From Candidatus Cloacimonadota bacterium (GTDB lineage: Bacteria; Cloacimonadota; Cloacimonadia; JGIOTU-2): 64,000 nucleotides of DNA. Where the stretch lies: NCBI GenBank assembly GCA_049903315.1, contig JBNGBT010000005.1, positions 1 through 64,000 of the forward strand. The letters are read 5' to 3'. This document shows, piece by piece, positions 9,142-18,197 of this stretch. The translations under genes and the position numbers were made by a program. Position 1 is the stretch's first letter, and every line of letters begins with the position of its first letter. Under the pieces are notes generated by a model that did no database searches, was not told the origin of the DNA, and worked only from the letters and a program-made list of their open reading frames with translations.

Positions 9142-10443
9142 TTAAGGATAAATTCTGTAAAGCATTCGAGGGAAGGGGATAGCTTCTCTAATATGACGCA
9201 CACCCGCCATCCAGCCGATCAAGCGCTCCAACCCGACACCGAATCCGCTATGGGGAACAGAGCCGTATTTTCGTAAGTCAAGATACCATTGATAATCATC
9301 TAATGATATGTTATCTTCTTCCATTCTCTTTTTGAGTATGTGATAATCGTCTTCTCTTTGCGAACCACCGATTATCTCGCCAAATCCCTCTGGTGCTATA
9401 AGGTCTGAGCCAAGAGAAATTTCATGGTCTTGTGGATCTTCCTTCATATAAAATGCTTTGATATGTTTGGGCCATTTTTCGACAAAGATCGGCACATCGG
9501 AACCTTCAGCAAGAGCTTCTTCTTCCGGAGTGCCCATATCATCTCCAAAATGAATTTCTATTCCCTTTTGCTGTAGTGTTTCTATCATTTCTTTGTAGGA
9601 AATAATCTTGAAAGGAGCATCTGCTTTGTGTAGTGTTTCGACATCGCGTTCGAGTGTTTGCAGGTCTGTCAGATTGTTTTTCAGAACAGATCGAATGACA
9701 AATCTTATCAGATTTTCCTGTATTTTCATATTCTCTTTGTGCTCTACATAGGCAGCTTCCGCATCCATCATCCAGAATTCGGTAAGATGCTTGCGAGTTT
9801 TAGATTTTTCTGCACGGAACACAGGACCGAAATCATAGACTCTCCCCAAACTCATGATACCTGCTTCGAGATAAAGTTGACCCGATTGTGAAAGATATGC
9901 CTTGCCTTGATCAAAATAGGGGACTTCGAAAAGAGTAGTTGTTCCTTCGCATGCATTGGGTGTGAGAATTGGGGAATCAAACCTGAAAAAGCCATGTTTA
10001 TTCAAGTATTCACAAATTGCAAAATACACCGTATGCCGGATTTTCATAAGAGCATTTTGCTTACTGGATCGCAGCCAGAGATGCCGGTTTGAAAGCAGGA
10101 AATCTACGCCATGTTCTTTCTTGCCGATTGGATAATCTTCAGCTATATGTACGATTTTGATGTCTGTGAGTTGAAGCTCGTATTCACCCTCAATATTAGG
10201 ATGCTTCTTTGGAATACCGGTAATAATGATTGATGATTCAAGTGTTAGAGCTTTTACTTTTTCGAACTTCTCTTCACCAAGATCAGGTTTCCATGCAACT
10301 GCCTGCACTTCTCCAGTTCCGTCCCGAAAGATGATAAAGCGGAGTTTGCTGCTCGATTTTCTGTAGTTCCTGACCCAGCCCTGAAGGGTCACTTCTTTTC
10401 CAATATATTTTGAGAGGTCTTTTACAAATATTTTCTTAGCCAT
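9142..10443 (-). CDS. asnS: Asparagine--tRNA ligase
   Basis: OB-fold GWV...FRDGTG, RHLWLRS, YLSQSGQLYLEA, FRAEKSKTRKHLTEFWM, GEIIGGSQRE, PHSGFGVGLER. Confidence 0.97.
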   Translation of the reverse strand: MAKKIFVKDLSKYIGKEVTLQGWVRNYRKSSSKLRFIIFRDGTGEVQAVAWKPDLGEEKFEKVKALTLESSIIITGIPKKHPNIEGEYELQLTDIKIVHIAEDYPIGKKEHGVDFLLSNRHLWLRSSKQNALMKIRHTVYFAICEYLNKHGFFRFDSPILTPNACEGTTTLFEVPYFDQGKAYLSQSGQLYLEAGIMSLGRVYDFGPVFRAEKSKTRKHLTEFWMMDAEAAYVEHKENMKIQENLIRFVIRSVLKNNLTDLQTLERDVETLHKADAPFKIISYKEMIETLQQKGIEIHFGDDMGTPEEEALAEGSDVPIFVEKWPKHIKAFYMKEDPQDHEISLGSDLIAPEGFGEIIGGSQREDDYHILKKRMEEDNISLDDYQWYLDLRKYGSVPHSGFGVGLERLIGWMAGVRHIREAIPFPRMLYRIYP

Positions 10444-10445
10444 GT

Positions 10446-11432
10446 CTATTTCAAATCCATGTTTTTTCTATTTTGATCAATATCTTCCATTATTTTGTAG
10501 GCAACTTGCAGAGCTTGATAACCATCTTGAGCATTCACGATCGGGCGAATATCGGTTTTTATAGATTGAATAAAGCTCTCTATTTCAGCTTTGAGCGGTT
10601 CTTTTTCTATAATGGGAAGTTCTTCAGTTCTAAAAAGCTCAAAAATATTGGCATCGCGCTTTCCTGCCATGACATCTTTCATGATCTCATCAACTTGTGG
10701 GTTCTTTTGAACCACCCGCACTTTTTTATCCTGATAATCGAGGGAAATATACATATCTTTCTGGAAAAAACGTATTTTTCTTTCTCTCTTAAGGGATATC
10801 CTGCTCGATGTGATGTTTGCCAGTGCCCCATTCTCGAACTCGATCTTTGCATTTGCAATGTCGATATCGTTTGTAAGGATGGGTACACCTACTGCATTTA
10901 TTTCTTTTACTCTACTCTGTACGAGTGACAGGATAATATCAATATCATGGATCATAATATCATACACAACCGGAACATCACTGCCGCGTGGAGTGAATGG
11001 GGCAAGCCGGTTTGCTTCAATAAAGATTGGTTTGAGCAAAACAGATGAGAGTGCCATAATTGCAGGATTGAAACGCTCGATGTGTCCAACCTGGAATTTT
11101 ACTCCGCTTTTTTCAACAAGCTCAACGATCTTCCTGGCATCATCAAGGGTACTGCAGATGGGTTTTTCTACGAGCACATGCTTATTATGTTCAACGCAGT
11201 ATTTTGAATACTCATAATGCGATTGTGTGGGGCATGCAATGCTCAGCAGATCAGAATGTATGAGCAGTTCGTCGAGATTGTCATAAACCTGACAACCGTT
11301 TTTATCTGCAATCTCATGTGCCCGTTCTTTGTCTGTATCAAAAATACCAACGGATTCGATGTCCTGCAACTCGCTGTAAATCCTTGCATGGTGCTGTCCT
11401 AAGTGACCAACTCCGATAACGCCTGCTCTCAT
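10446..11432 (-). CDS. Gfo/Idh/MocA family oxidoreductase (possibly GnnA-like UDP-GlcNAc 3-dehydrogenase)
   Basis: GVIGVGHLG, HVLVEKP, GHIERFNPA, DIMIHDID. Confidence 0.9.
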   Translation of the reverse strand: MRAGVIGVGHLGQHHARIYSELQDIESVGIFDTDKERAHEIADKNGCQVYDNLDELLIHSDLLSIACPTQSHYEYSKYCVEHNKHVLVEKPICSTLDDARKIVELVEKSGVKFQVGHIERFNPAIMALSSVLLKPIFIEANRLAPFTPRGSDVPVVYDIMIHDIDIILSLVQSRVKEINAVGVPILTNDIDIANAKIEFENGALANITSSRISLKRERKIRFFQKDMYISLDYQDKKVRVVQKNPQVDEIMKDVMAGKRDANIFELFRTEELPIIEKEPLKAEIESFIQSIKTDIRPIVNAQDGYQALQVAYKIMEDIDQNRKNMDLK

Positions 11433-11737
11433 TTGTCATCCTTTGTATCTGTTTTCTCCGCATTCTTCTTTTTGCTGTAGGAAATCCCAAGATTAAACAC
11501 TGCATAGAGTATCAGAAGATAGGCAACGATTCTCATTAAAATTGTAATACCCATAATGAAGGTGCTGAAGATTATCTCATTAAGTATGAATATCACTGCG
11601 AAAAGTGCAAAAGCAATTCCTATCAGTAGCGGTGACTTATTTTGAGTTTCCCTGTATGCCCATAACCCAAGTGCGAAAATAATGGAGAATAGTAAAAAAT
11701 AAAAAATTGGAAGGATCGTAAAAAATATAGCTGCCAT
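11429..11737 (-). CDS. Small membrane protein (about 3 TM)
   Basis: Hydrophobic segments, RBS GGAG, ATGA overlap with the downstream gene. Confidence 0.7.
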   Translation of the reverse strand: MAAIFFTILPIFYFLLFSIIFALGLWAYRETQNKSPLLIGIAFALFAVIFILNEIIFSTFIMGITILMRIVAYLLILYAVFNLGISYSKKKNAEKTDTKDDK

Positions 11738-11969
11738 TATTTCTCCATATCTGTTTATAAACTTATTGAGATAAATGCATAGAGGTCAATTTGCTGTCAA
11801 TTATTTTGCTTTGAGAGTGAAACATAGAAATCTATATTATTCGAAATGTATGAAATAAAATGATACGAACTATTTTTTCACAACAGCATTTGCACCTAAA
11901 ACACTATTTTATTTGACAAATAAACCATCTTGCGAAATTGCTCATTCAGTTCAAATCAAGGAAAATGAA

Positions 11970-13490
11970 ATGATTGCTCAAGTACATGATTTTTTAAAAA
12001 AAATGATAAAGCTCTCTAAGCAAAAGACGGAGCTCCTGGATTTTGTACATGCCGTTCATAAGCTGTTTGCTGATGAGTTAAATATTCAGAAATCATTATT
12101 CATTCTTGCTATCGACAACTATTTTTTAAAAAGTTCATATAACGCAGAACAGGAAGAATATTGGGACATCCGTACGAATGAATTGCAGGATGAGGACAGG
12201 TTTTCCCGACTCGCAGATATTGTATTCAAAGAGATAAATTTTAAAAGCGATTCCGATATTAAGATCAAGATACAGGATCTTAATATGCCCGTAGGATACA
12301 TCATCGTTCGATCAATTGATGAGGGTAACGATCTGCTGGCGATATTGGAAGAGATAAAAGACTTCTTCTTTCTCATCTGCAAGTCAATCTATCGGCAATT
12401 ACAATTGCATGAAAGAGTGAAAGAATTGAGCTGTCTGCACAGCATCAGCAAAATTGCAGAGAATACAGATCTCAGTATTTCAGAATTTCTTACAGAGATT
12501 GTTCGTCTTCTCCCACCTGCTTTGCAATTTCCCGCACAAGCAAGTGCGCGCATTGTCTACAATGACCAATCATTCCAGACTGATACATTTACCGAGGGTG
12601 AGCGCTCACTAAACGCTCCTATAGTATTAGGCAAAACAAAAACCGGTTTTGTAGAAGTGAGTTATCCAAATGATTTTCAATTGCCGGACAGTTATTTATT
12701 TTTAAAAGAAGAAGAACATCTGATTAGCATCATCGCTCAGGAATTGAGTATTACACTGGAAAAGAAAAAAGCTGAAAAAGAAAGTCAGAACTTAGAGAAA
12801 CAGCTTCGCCATGCAGACAGACTCGCGACACTGGGGCAACTTTCTGCTGGTATCGCCCATGAGATCAATGAACCTCTTGCCGGAATTTTGGGATTGGCTC
12901 AATTGATGGAGAAAAATCAAAGTCTTGATGAGCAGGCTCAATCTGATTTGGAAAATATTGTCTCAGCATCATTACATGCGCGGGAAGTTGTAAAAAAATT
13001 GATGCTTTTTGCACGTCAAATGCCTTCTTCCCAAACCATTCTGAATTTGAATGAGGCTGTTAATAATGCTGTCTTTTTTTTGGAATCCCGCTGCCGCAAG
13101 AACTTAGTGAAGATCACACTCGATCTGAAAAAAGGTATACCAAGTATCAGAGCAGATTCTTCCCAGATCCACCAGGTACTCATTAACCTGATCGTAAATG
13201 CGCTGCAAGCTATGCCGGATGGTGGTATTATAAACCTCAGAACATATTTTGATGACGAACTTGTTTTTCTGGAATGCAGGGATAACGGGATTGGCATGAG
13301 CAAGAACATACTGAGTCAGATATTTAATCCTTTCTTCACAACAAAAAAAGTGAATGAAGGAACCGGTCTTGGATTATCAGTGGTGCATGGAATTATTTAC
13401 TCCCATGGCGGTGAAATAAAAGTGACCAGTCAACTGAACAAGGGAACAAAATTCTTGATAACATTTCCACACGCTTTAAAGGAAGGTTAA
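11970..13490 (+). CDS. Cytoplasmic NtrB-type sensor histidine kinase with GAF-like input domain
   Basis: AGIAHEINEPL, NLIVNALQAM, DNGIGM, FNPFFTTK, GTGLGL; no TM segments. ATG 11970 preferred over TTG 11913. Confidence 0.93.
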   Translation: MIAQVHDFLKKMIKLSKQKTELLDFVHAVHKLFADELNIQKSLFILAIDNYFLKSSYNAEQEEYWDIRTNELQDEDRFSRLADIVFKEINFKSDSDIKIKIQDLNMPVGYIIVRSIDEGNDLLAILEEIKDFFFLICKSIYRQLQLHERVKELSCLHSISKIAENTDLSISEFLTEIVRLLPPALQFPAQASARIVYNDQSFQTDTFTEGERSLNAPIVLGKTKTGFVEVSYPNDFQLPDSYLFLKEEEHLISIIAQELSITLEKKKAEKESQNLEKQLRHADRLATLGQLSAGIAHEINEPLAGILGLAQLMEKNQSLDEQAQSDLENIVSASLHAREVVKKLMLFARQMPSSQTILNLNEAVNNAVFFLESRCRKNLVKITLDLKKGIPSIRADSSQIHQVLINLIVNALQAMPDGGIINLRTYFDDELVFLECRDNGIGMSKNILSQIFNPFFTTKKVNEGTGLGLSVVHGIIYSHGGEIKVTSQLNKGTKFLITFPHALKEG

Positions 13491-13492
13491 TA

Positions 13493-14833
13493 ATGAAAAA
13501 TAAGAGAATTCTTGTTTTGGATGATTCAGATATAACCAGAGATGTGATAAAGCGAAATCTTGCTGCTCATGGTTATCAACTTTATACAGCTGGAAACTTT
13601 GATCTGGCGAAGGAAATACTTCAGGAAATCGAACCGGATCTGGTGATCACAGATTTAAAAATGCCAGACATCAGCGGATTGGATGTTATAACCTATATCA
13701 CTGAAAATTTCAAGAATGTCGAAATAATTGTTATCACTGGTTATCCTACCATTACCTCTGCTGTTGATGCTGTAAAACTTGGTGCTGATGATTATTTAAC
13801 AAAACCATTTACGGATGTAGAACTTTTAGCAGCAGTGAAGAAAGCATTGGAAAAACAGGATAATAAACGGGAATTTAACCGGGAAATCACTGATGGATTC
13901 GGAGAAAAATTCGGAATTATAGGCAGTTCTGAGAAGATGCTGGAAGTGTTTAAAACAATCAAAAAAGCTTCTGAAATAAACAGCACAGTAATGATTACCG
14001 GCGAGAGCGGAACCGGAAAAGAATTAGTGGCGCGAGCAATTCATTATACTGGCTTCAGGGGAGCGGCGTCTTTTGTTCCCATAAATTGCGGAGCAATACC
14101 GGAAACACTTTTAGAAAGCGAGTTGTTTGGCTATGTGAAAGGTGCTTTTACAGGTGCTCATACTACCCGTGATGGTTTTTTTAAAAGTGCCAATAAAGGC
14201 ACGATCTTTTTAGATGAGATATCTGAAACCTCTATGATGCTTCAAATCAAATTACTACGTGTGATCCAGGAAAAAGAAGTGTATATGGTAGGTTCCACTG
14301 AAGCTCAGAAAGTCGATGTCCGAATTCTGGTTGCATCCAATAAAGACTTATATGGATTAGTGAGATTGGGTAAGTTCAGAGAAGATCTTTTCTATCGTTT
14401 GAATGTTCTCACTATCAACATTCCTCCTCTAAGAGAACGGGGTACAGATATTTTCCAGCTCGCCAATTATTTTGCCAATAAATACGCAAGTGAATTCGAT
14501 AAGAAAATTCCATCCTTCAATGATGAAGTGCTGGATATATTAGGAAAGTATAACTGGCCCGGTAATGTGCGTGAATTGGAGAATCTTGTTCATCGCTTAG
14601 TGATAATGAATGAAGATGGAATAATCCGCAAAGCTGATCTGCCTGTTTTTATGAAATCCAGGATCAGCAATGTGAGTGATGTAAAAAGAACTCTGCAAGA
14701 AGTCGAAATCGAGCACATCAAAAATGTGCTGGAATATACAGACAATAATAAATCAAAAGCATCTGAAATTCTACATATCGATCGCAAAACTTTAAATAAT
14801 AAGCTCAATCAAGAAAATAAAAAAAATTCTTAA
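13493..14833 (+). CDS. Sigma-54-dependent response regulator (NtrC/AtoC family)
   Basis: Receiver domain (LDD...DLKMPD), GESGTGKE, GAFTGA, FLDEI, WPGNVREL, Fis-type HTH. Confidence 0.96.
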   Translation: MKNKRILVLDDSDITRDVIKRNLAAHGYQLYTAGNFDLAKEILQEIEPDLVITDLKMPDISGLDVITYITENFKNVEIIVITGYPTITSAVDAVKLGADDYLTKPFTDVELLAAVKKALEKQDNKREFNREITDGFGEKFGIIGSSEKMLEVFKTIKKASEINSTVMITGESGTGKELVARAIHYTGFRGAASFVPINCGAIPETLLESELFGYVKGAFTGAHTTRDGFFKSANKGTIFLDEISETSMMLQIKLLRVIQEKEVYMVGSTEAQKVDVRILVASNKDLYGLVRLGKFREDLFYRLNVLTINIPPLRERGTDIFQLANYFANKYASEFDKKIPSFNDEVLDILGKYNWPGNVRELENLVHRLVIMNEDGIIRKADLPVFMKSRISNVSDVKRTLQEVEIEHIKNVLEYTDNNKSKASEILHIDRKTLNNKLNQENKKNS

Positions 14834-14898
14834 ACAGAGCTAAATGCGTTTCATATTCTGACTTACAATACCTGAAGTCGCTGTGGAATTCTAGAAGT

Positions 14899-14917
14899 AT
14901 GGGGAAAATTTCCTCAT
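14899..14917. promoter_or_regulatory. Putative upstream activating sequence for the sigma-54 activator
   Basis: Near-palindrome ATGGGGAAAATTTCCTCAT about 130 bp upstream of the -24 element. Confidence 0.55.
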
Positions 14918-15045
14918 TTTTCAATTGTAATATTTTTTATATTCACTATCAATAAGTTACTTTTATCATTTATCATTTTATTTTACTGCAGTGTTATCAG
15001 GCATTTGCAGCTTTCGGATAACTAATTTTTTATTTTTCCATCTTT

Positions 15046-15061
15046 TGGCATAAAAATTGCA
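15046..15061 (+). promoter_or_regulatory. Sigma-54 (-24/-12) promoter of the gdh operon
   Basis: TGGCATAAAAATTGCA has GG and GC at canonical spacing, lies 42 nt upstream of the gdh ATG, and follows an NtrC-family gene. Confidence 0.85.
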
Positions 15062-15103
15062 AATAGACAAATCAAAAATGCAGAAAATTACAAAGGAGAA
15101 AAG

Positions 15104-16387
15104 ATGGAAAAGTCTTTCAATGCATTTAAAATGGCACAAGATCAGTTTGATGCAGTTGCCGACAAATTAGACCTGAATGAAGCTTCAAGAGAACTCTTGA
15201 GAACTCCAATGCGGGAATATCATTTTACTATTCCTGTGAAAATGGACGATGGAACCTCTAAAGTGTTCCGTGGATTTCGCATTCAACACAATGATGCCTT
15301 AGGACCATGCAAAGGTGGAATTCGCTTCCATCCACAAGAAACTGTTGATACAGTTCGCGCACTTTCCATGTGGATGACATGGAAAACATCTGTTGTTGAT
15401 ATTCCTCTTGGCGGAGGAAAGGGTGGAGTGATTTGCGATCCGCATAATCTATCAGCCAGAGAACAAGAGCAGATTTGCCGTGGTTGGATTCGCCAATTGC
15501 ATAAAAATGTGGGTCCGCTTCGTGATATTCCTGCTCCCGACGTGATGACGAATGGACAGCATATGTTGTGGATGTTGGACGAGTATGAAACGATTATGGG
15601 TGAAAAATATCCCGGGATGATAACCGGTAAACCAGTTGGTATGGGTGGTTCACTTGGCAGAACTGAAGCGACAGGTTATGGTGTTATCTTTACTGTTCGT
15701 GAAGCTCTGAAAGAAATGAATATAAACATCGAGGATACCACTGCTTCCTTCCAGGGATTCGGTAATGTTTCACAATATGCTATTAAATTGTATAACCAGC
15801 TCGGCGGTAAAGTGCTCTGCGTTTCCTGTTGGGATCAGCAGGATCAAACATCCTATGCTTTCTATAAAAAAGAAGGAATCAATATAGATGAACTTCTTAA
15901 TATCACAGACAGATTCGGTGGAATCAACAAAACAAAAGCTAAAGAGCTTGGTTATGAAATACTTCCGGGCGAGAAGTGGATTGAAATAGAGTGCGACATA
16001 TTGGTTCCTGCGGCTATGGAAAATCAGATAACTGGCGAAAATGTGAACAAGATCAGTTCAAAAGTAAAACTGGTTGCAGAAGGAGCTAATGGACCCACTA
16101 CACCGGAAGCTGACGAAGTACTCAAAGAGCGCGGCATTTTCATGATCCCGGATTTCCTGTGCAATGCAGGCGGAGTTACCTGCAGCTATTTCGAGCAGGT
16201 GCAATGCAATATGAATTATTTCTGGAGCAAAGATGAAGTTCTTGGAAAACTCGATTACAAAATGACTACTGCGTATCACAAGGTTTCTAAACTCGCAAGA
16301 GAAAAGAAAATATACATGCGTGACGCAGCTTATATGATCTCTGTCGACAGAGTAGTACGAGCCTCTGTTGCCAGAGGTTGGATATAG
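15104..16387 (+). CDS. gdhA: Glu/Leu/Phe/Val dehydrogenase (glutamate dehydrogenase)
   Basis: GPCKGGIRFHP, MTWK, GGGKGG, DIPAPDV, GRTEATGYG, QGFGNV, EGANGP, PDFLCNAGGV; RBS AAGGAG. Confidence 0.95.
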   Translation: MEKSFNAFKMAQDQFDAVADKLDLNEASRELLRTPMREYHFTIPVKMDDGTSKVFRGFRIQHNDALGPCKGGIRFHPQETVDTVRALSMWMTWKTSVVDIPLGGGKGGVICDPHNLSAREQEQICRGWIRQLHKNVGPLRDIPAPDVMTNGQHMLWMLDEYETIMGEKYPGMITGKPVGMGGSLGRTEATGYGVIFTVREALKEMNINIEDTTASFQGFGNVSQYAIKLYNQLGGKVLCVSCWDQQDQTSYAFYKKEGINIDELLNITDRFGGINKTKAKELGYEILPGEKWIEIECDILVPAAMENQITGENVNKISSKVKLVAEGANGPTTPEADEVLKERGIFMIPDFLCNAGGVTCSYFEQVQCNMNYFWSKDEVLGKLDYKMTTAYHKVSKLAREKKIYMRDAAYMISVDRVVRASVARGWI

Positions 16388-16401
16388 AGAAATATCCTCC
16401 G

Positions 16402-16429
16402 TAAAGGGCAGATTCACGTCTGCCCTTTA
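16402..16429. other. Intergenic hairpin after gdhA (no U-tract)
   Basis: TAAAGGGCAGA-TTCACG-TCTGCCCTTTA perfect 11-bp stem. Confidence 0.7.
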
Positions 16430-16451
16430 GATATTATTAAAAGGAAATGCA

Positions 16452-18197
16452 ATGAAAAGCGGACAAAAATTTCAGCGGGAGACCGGATTCTTTCATGATG
16501 GTTTTACCTATATCGGAACAGGCTTTCCGGGTGGTAAAGCCTCAGGTTTGGCTTTATCGCAAAATATTTTGAAGAAACACTTCCCTGAAGGTGATATTGC
16601 TGGAATGCAGGTTAATATACCACACACAACCGTATTGCTGAGTGGAGTGTTCGATCAATTTATGAAGGAAAATGATCTCTATGAAATTTCTCTCTCAGAT
16701 GCTTCCGATGAAGAAATTGCAATCAGTTTTATAAATTCTTCTTTTGGTGGCTTATATACCGGGGATCTATACTCTTTGATCTCAAATGTCGATAAGCCAC
16801 TCGCAGTACGTTCCTCAAGCATTTGCGAAGATTCATTGAACGAACCGTTTGCCGGATTTTATGAAACAAAAATGGTGGCAAATAATCAGGTAAGCATCAC
16901 AGATAAATATAATGCTTTGGTCAATGCCATCAAATATGTGTATGCTTCACTTTTCTTTAAGCAGTCTAAGAAATATTTTCAAACCATTAATCGCGATATC
17001 AGTGATGAAAAGATGGCTGTTATTATTCAAGAAGTTGTGGGTGATCAGCATGGAGATTTTTTCTATCCATACATTTCAGGTGTACTGAAATCCTACAATT
17101 TCTATCCTTCAGAGCAGATTGAACCGGATGCAGGTTTTGCTGCATTGGCTTTTGGCTTGGGTAAAACGATCGTTGACGGCTCAAGTTGCTGGAGCTACTG
17201 TCCGCGCTATCCCCGCACTCCTCAACCATTCAATAATATGAAAGACCTATTGAATAATACCCAAAAAGAATATTGGGCTGTGAACCTGGGAAAGATCAAT
17301 AATTACAATCCTGTGGCGGAAACTGAATACCTGGCATTAAATTCTATCTTCGATATCAAAGACAAAAAATTACTCAGACATATCTGTTCCACTTATGACC
17401 ATGCGAATGACCGCCTTATTATGGGTGTGCAGAATTATGGTGCTCCTGTCTTGGATTTTGCTCCTATTTTACGGGCTGAAACTTTGCCTTTGAATACTGT
17501 GATCTCCGAGATAATTAAAGCATGTGAGGAAGAAACAAACAGCAAAGTAGAAATTGAATTTGCAATATCTTTGGGAACAACAAATAATCCCCAACCACGA
17601 TTTGGTTTCCTGCAACTTCGACCAATAAATATTTCAAATGAGATTATCGATTTGCCGAAAATTGCAGATAATACAGATGAATTGCTGCTTTTTTCAAGAA
17701 ATGTAATGGGAAACGGGAAATCGAATGACATTTTTGATATTGTGTACATTCGTCCGGAGAATTTCGAAATTCAGTACACAAATCAGATAGCTGCTGATAT
17801 CTCTGAATTTAATGCACTTTTTACTGCGAATAAACGTAAATATCTGTTGATCGGATTTGGAAGGTGGGGTACATCTGACCCATGGTGTGGAATCCCGGTG
17901 CAATGGCCGCAGATCTCGAATGCGAAAATAATTGTTGAAACAGTACTGCCAAACATGAGAGCAGATTTCAGCCAGGGCGCACACTTCTTCCACAACATGA
18001 CTGCACATAATGTATTCTACTTCTCTGTTGATAAGGAAGACGCCAAAAACCTTGACTGGAATTGGATTCAGCATCAGAAAACAATTAACGAAACGAAATT
18101 CGTGAAGCATGTAAGATTAAAGCGAAATCTGACCGTGCTGGTTGACGGCAGACACAGCAACGGTGCTATATTTAAGAATGAAGATATAAAACAATGA
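16452..18197 (+). CDS. PEP/pyruvate-binding (PPDK N-terminal ATP-grasp) domain protein
   Basis: GGKASGL, LAVRSSS..ED...FAG.YET, MAVIIQEVVG, GLG, EIEFA...LQLRP; no C-terminal PEP-utiliser barrel. Confidence 0.85.
   Translation: MKSGQKFQRETGFFHDGFTYIGTGFPGGKASGLALSQNILKKHFPEGDIAGMQVNIPHTTVLLSGVFDQFMKENDLYEISLSDASDEEIAISFINSSFGGLYTGDLYSLISNVDKPLAVRSSSICEDSLNEPFAGFYETKMVANNQVSITDKYNALVNAIKYVYASLFFKQSKKYFQTINRDISDEKMAVIIQEVVGDQHGDFFYPYISGVLKSYNFYPSEQIEPDAGFAALAFGLGKTIVDGSSCWSYCPRYPRTPQPFNNMKDLLNNTQKEYWAVNLGKINNYNPVAETEYLALNSIFDIKDKKLLRHICSTYDHANDRLIMGVQNYGAPVLDFAPILRAETLPLNTVISEIIKACEEETNSKVEIEFAISLGTTNNPQPRFGFLQLRPINISNEIIDLPKIADNTDELLLFSRNVMGNGKSNDIFDIVYIRPENFEIQYTNQIAADISEFNALFTANKRKYLLIGFGRWGTSDPWCGIPVQWPQISNAKIIVETVLPNMRADFSQGAHFFHNMTAHNVFYFSVDKEDAKNLDWNWIQHQKTINETKFVKHVRLKRNLTVLVDGRHSNGAIFKNEDIKQ

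Noticed and set aside
8970..9203. 77-aa ORF as an intact gene
   Set aside because: It overlaps the asnS 3' end, and only a short central part resembles a known family, so it is treated as a remnant.
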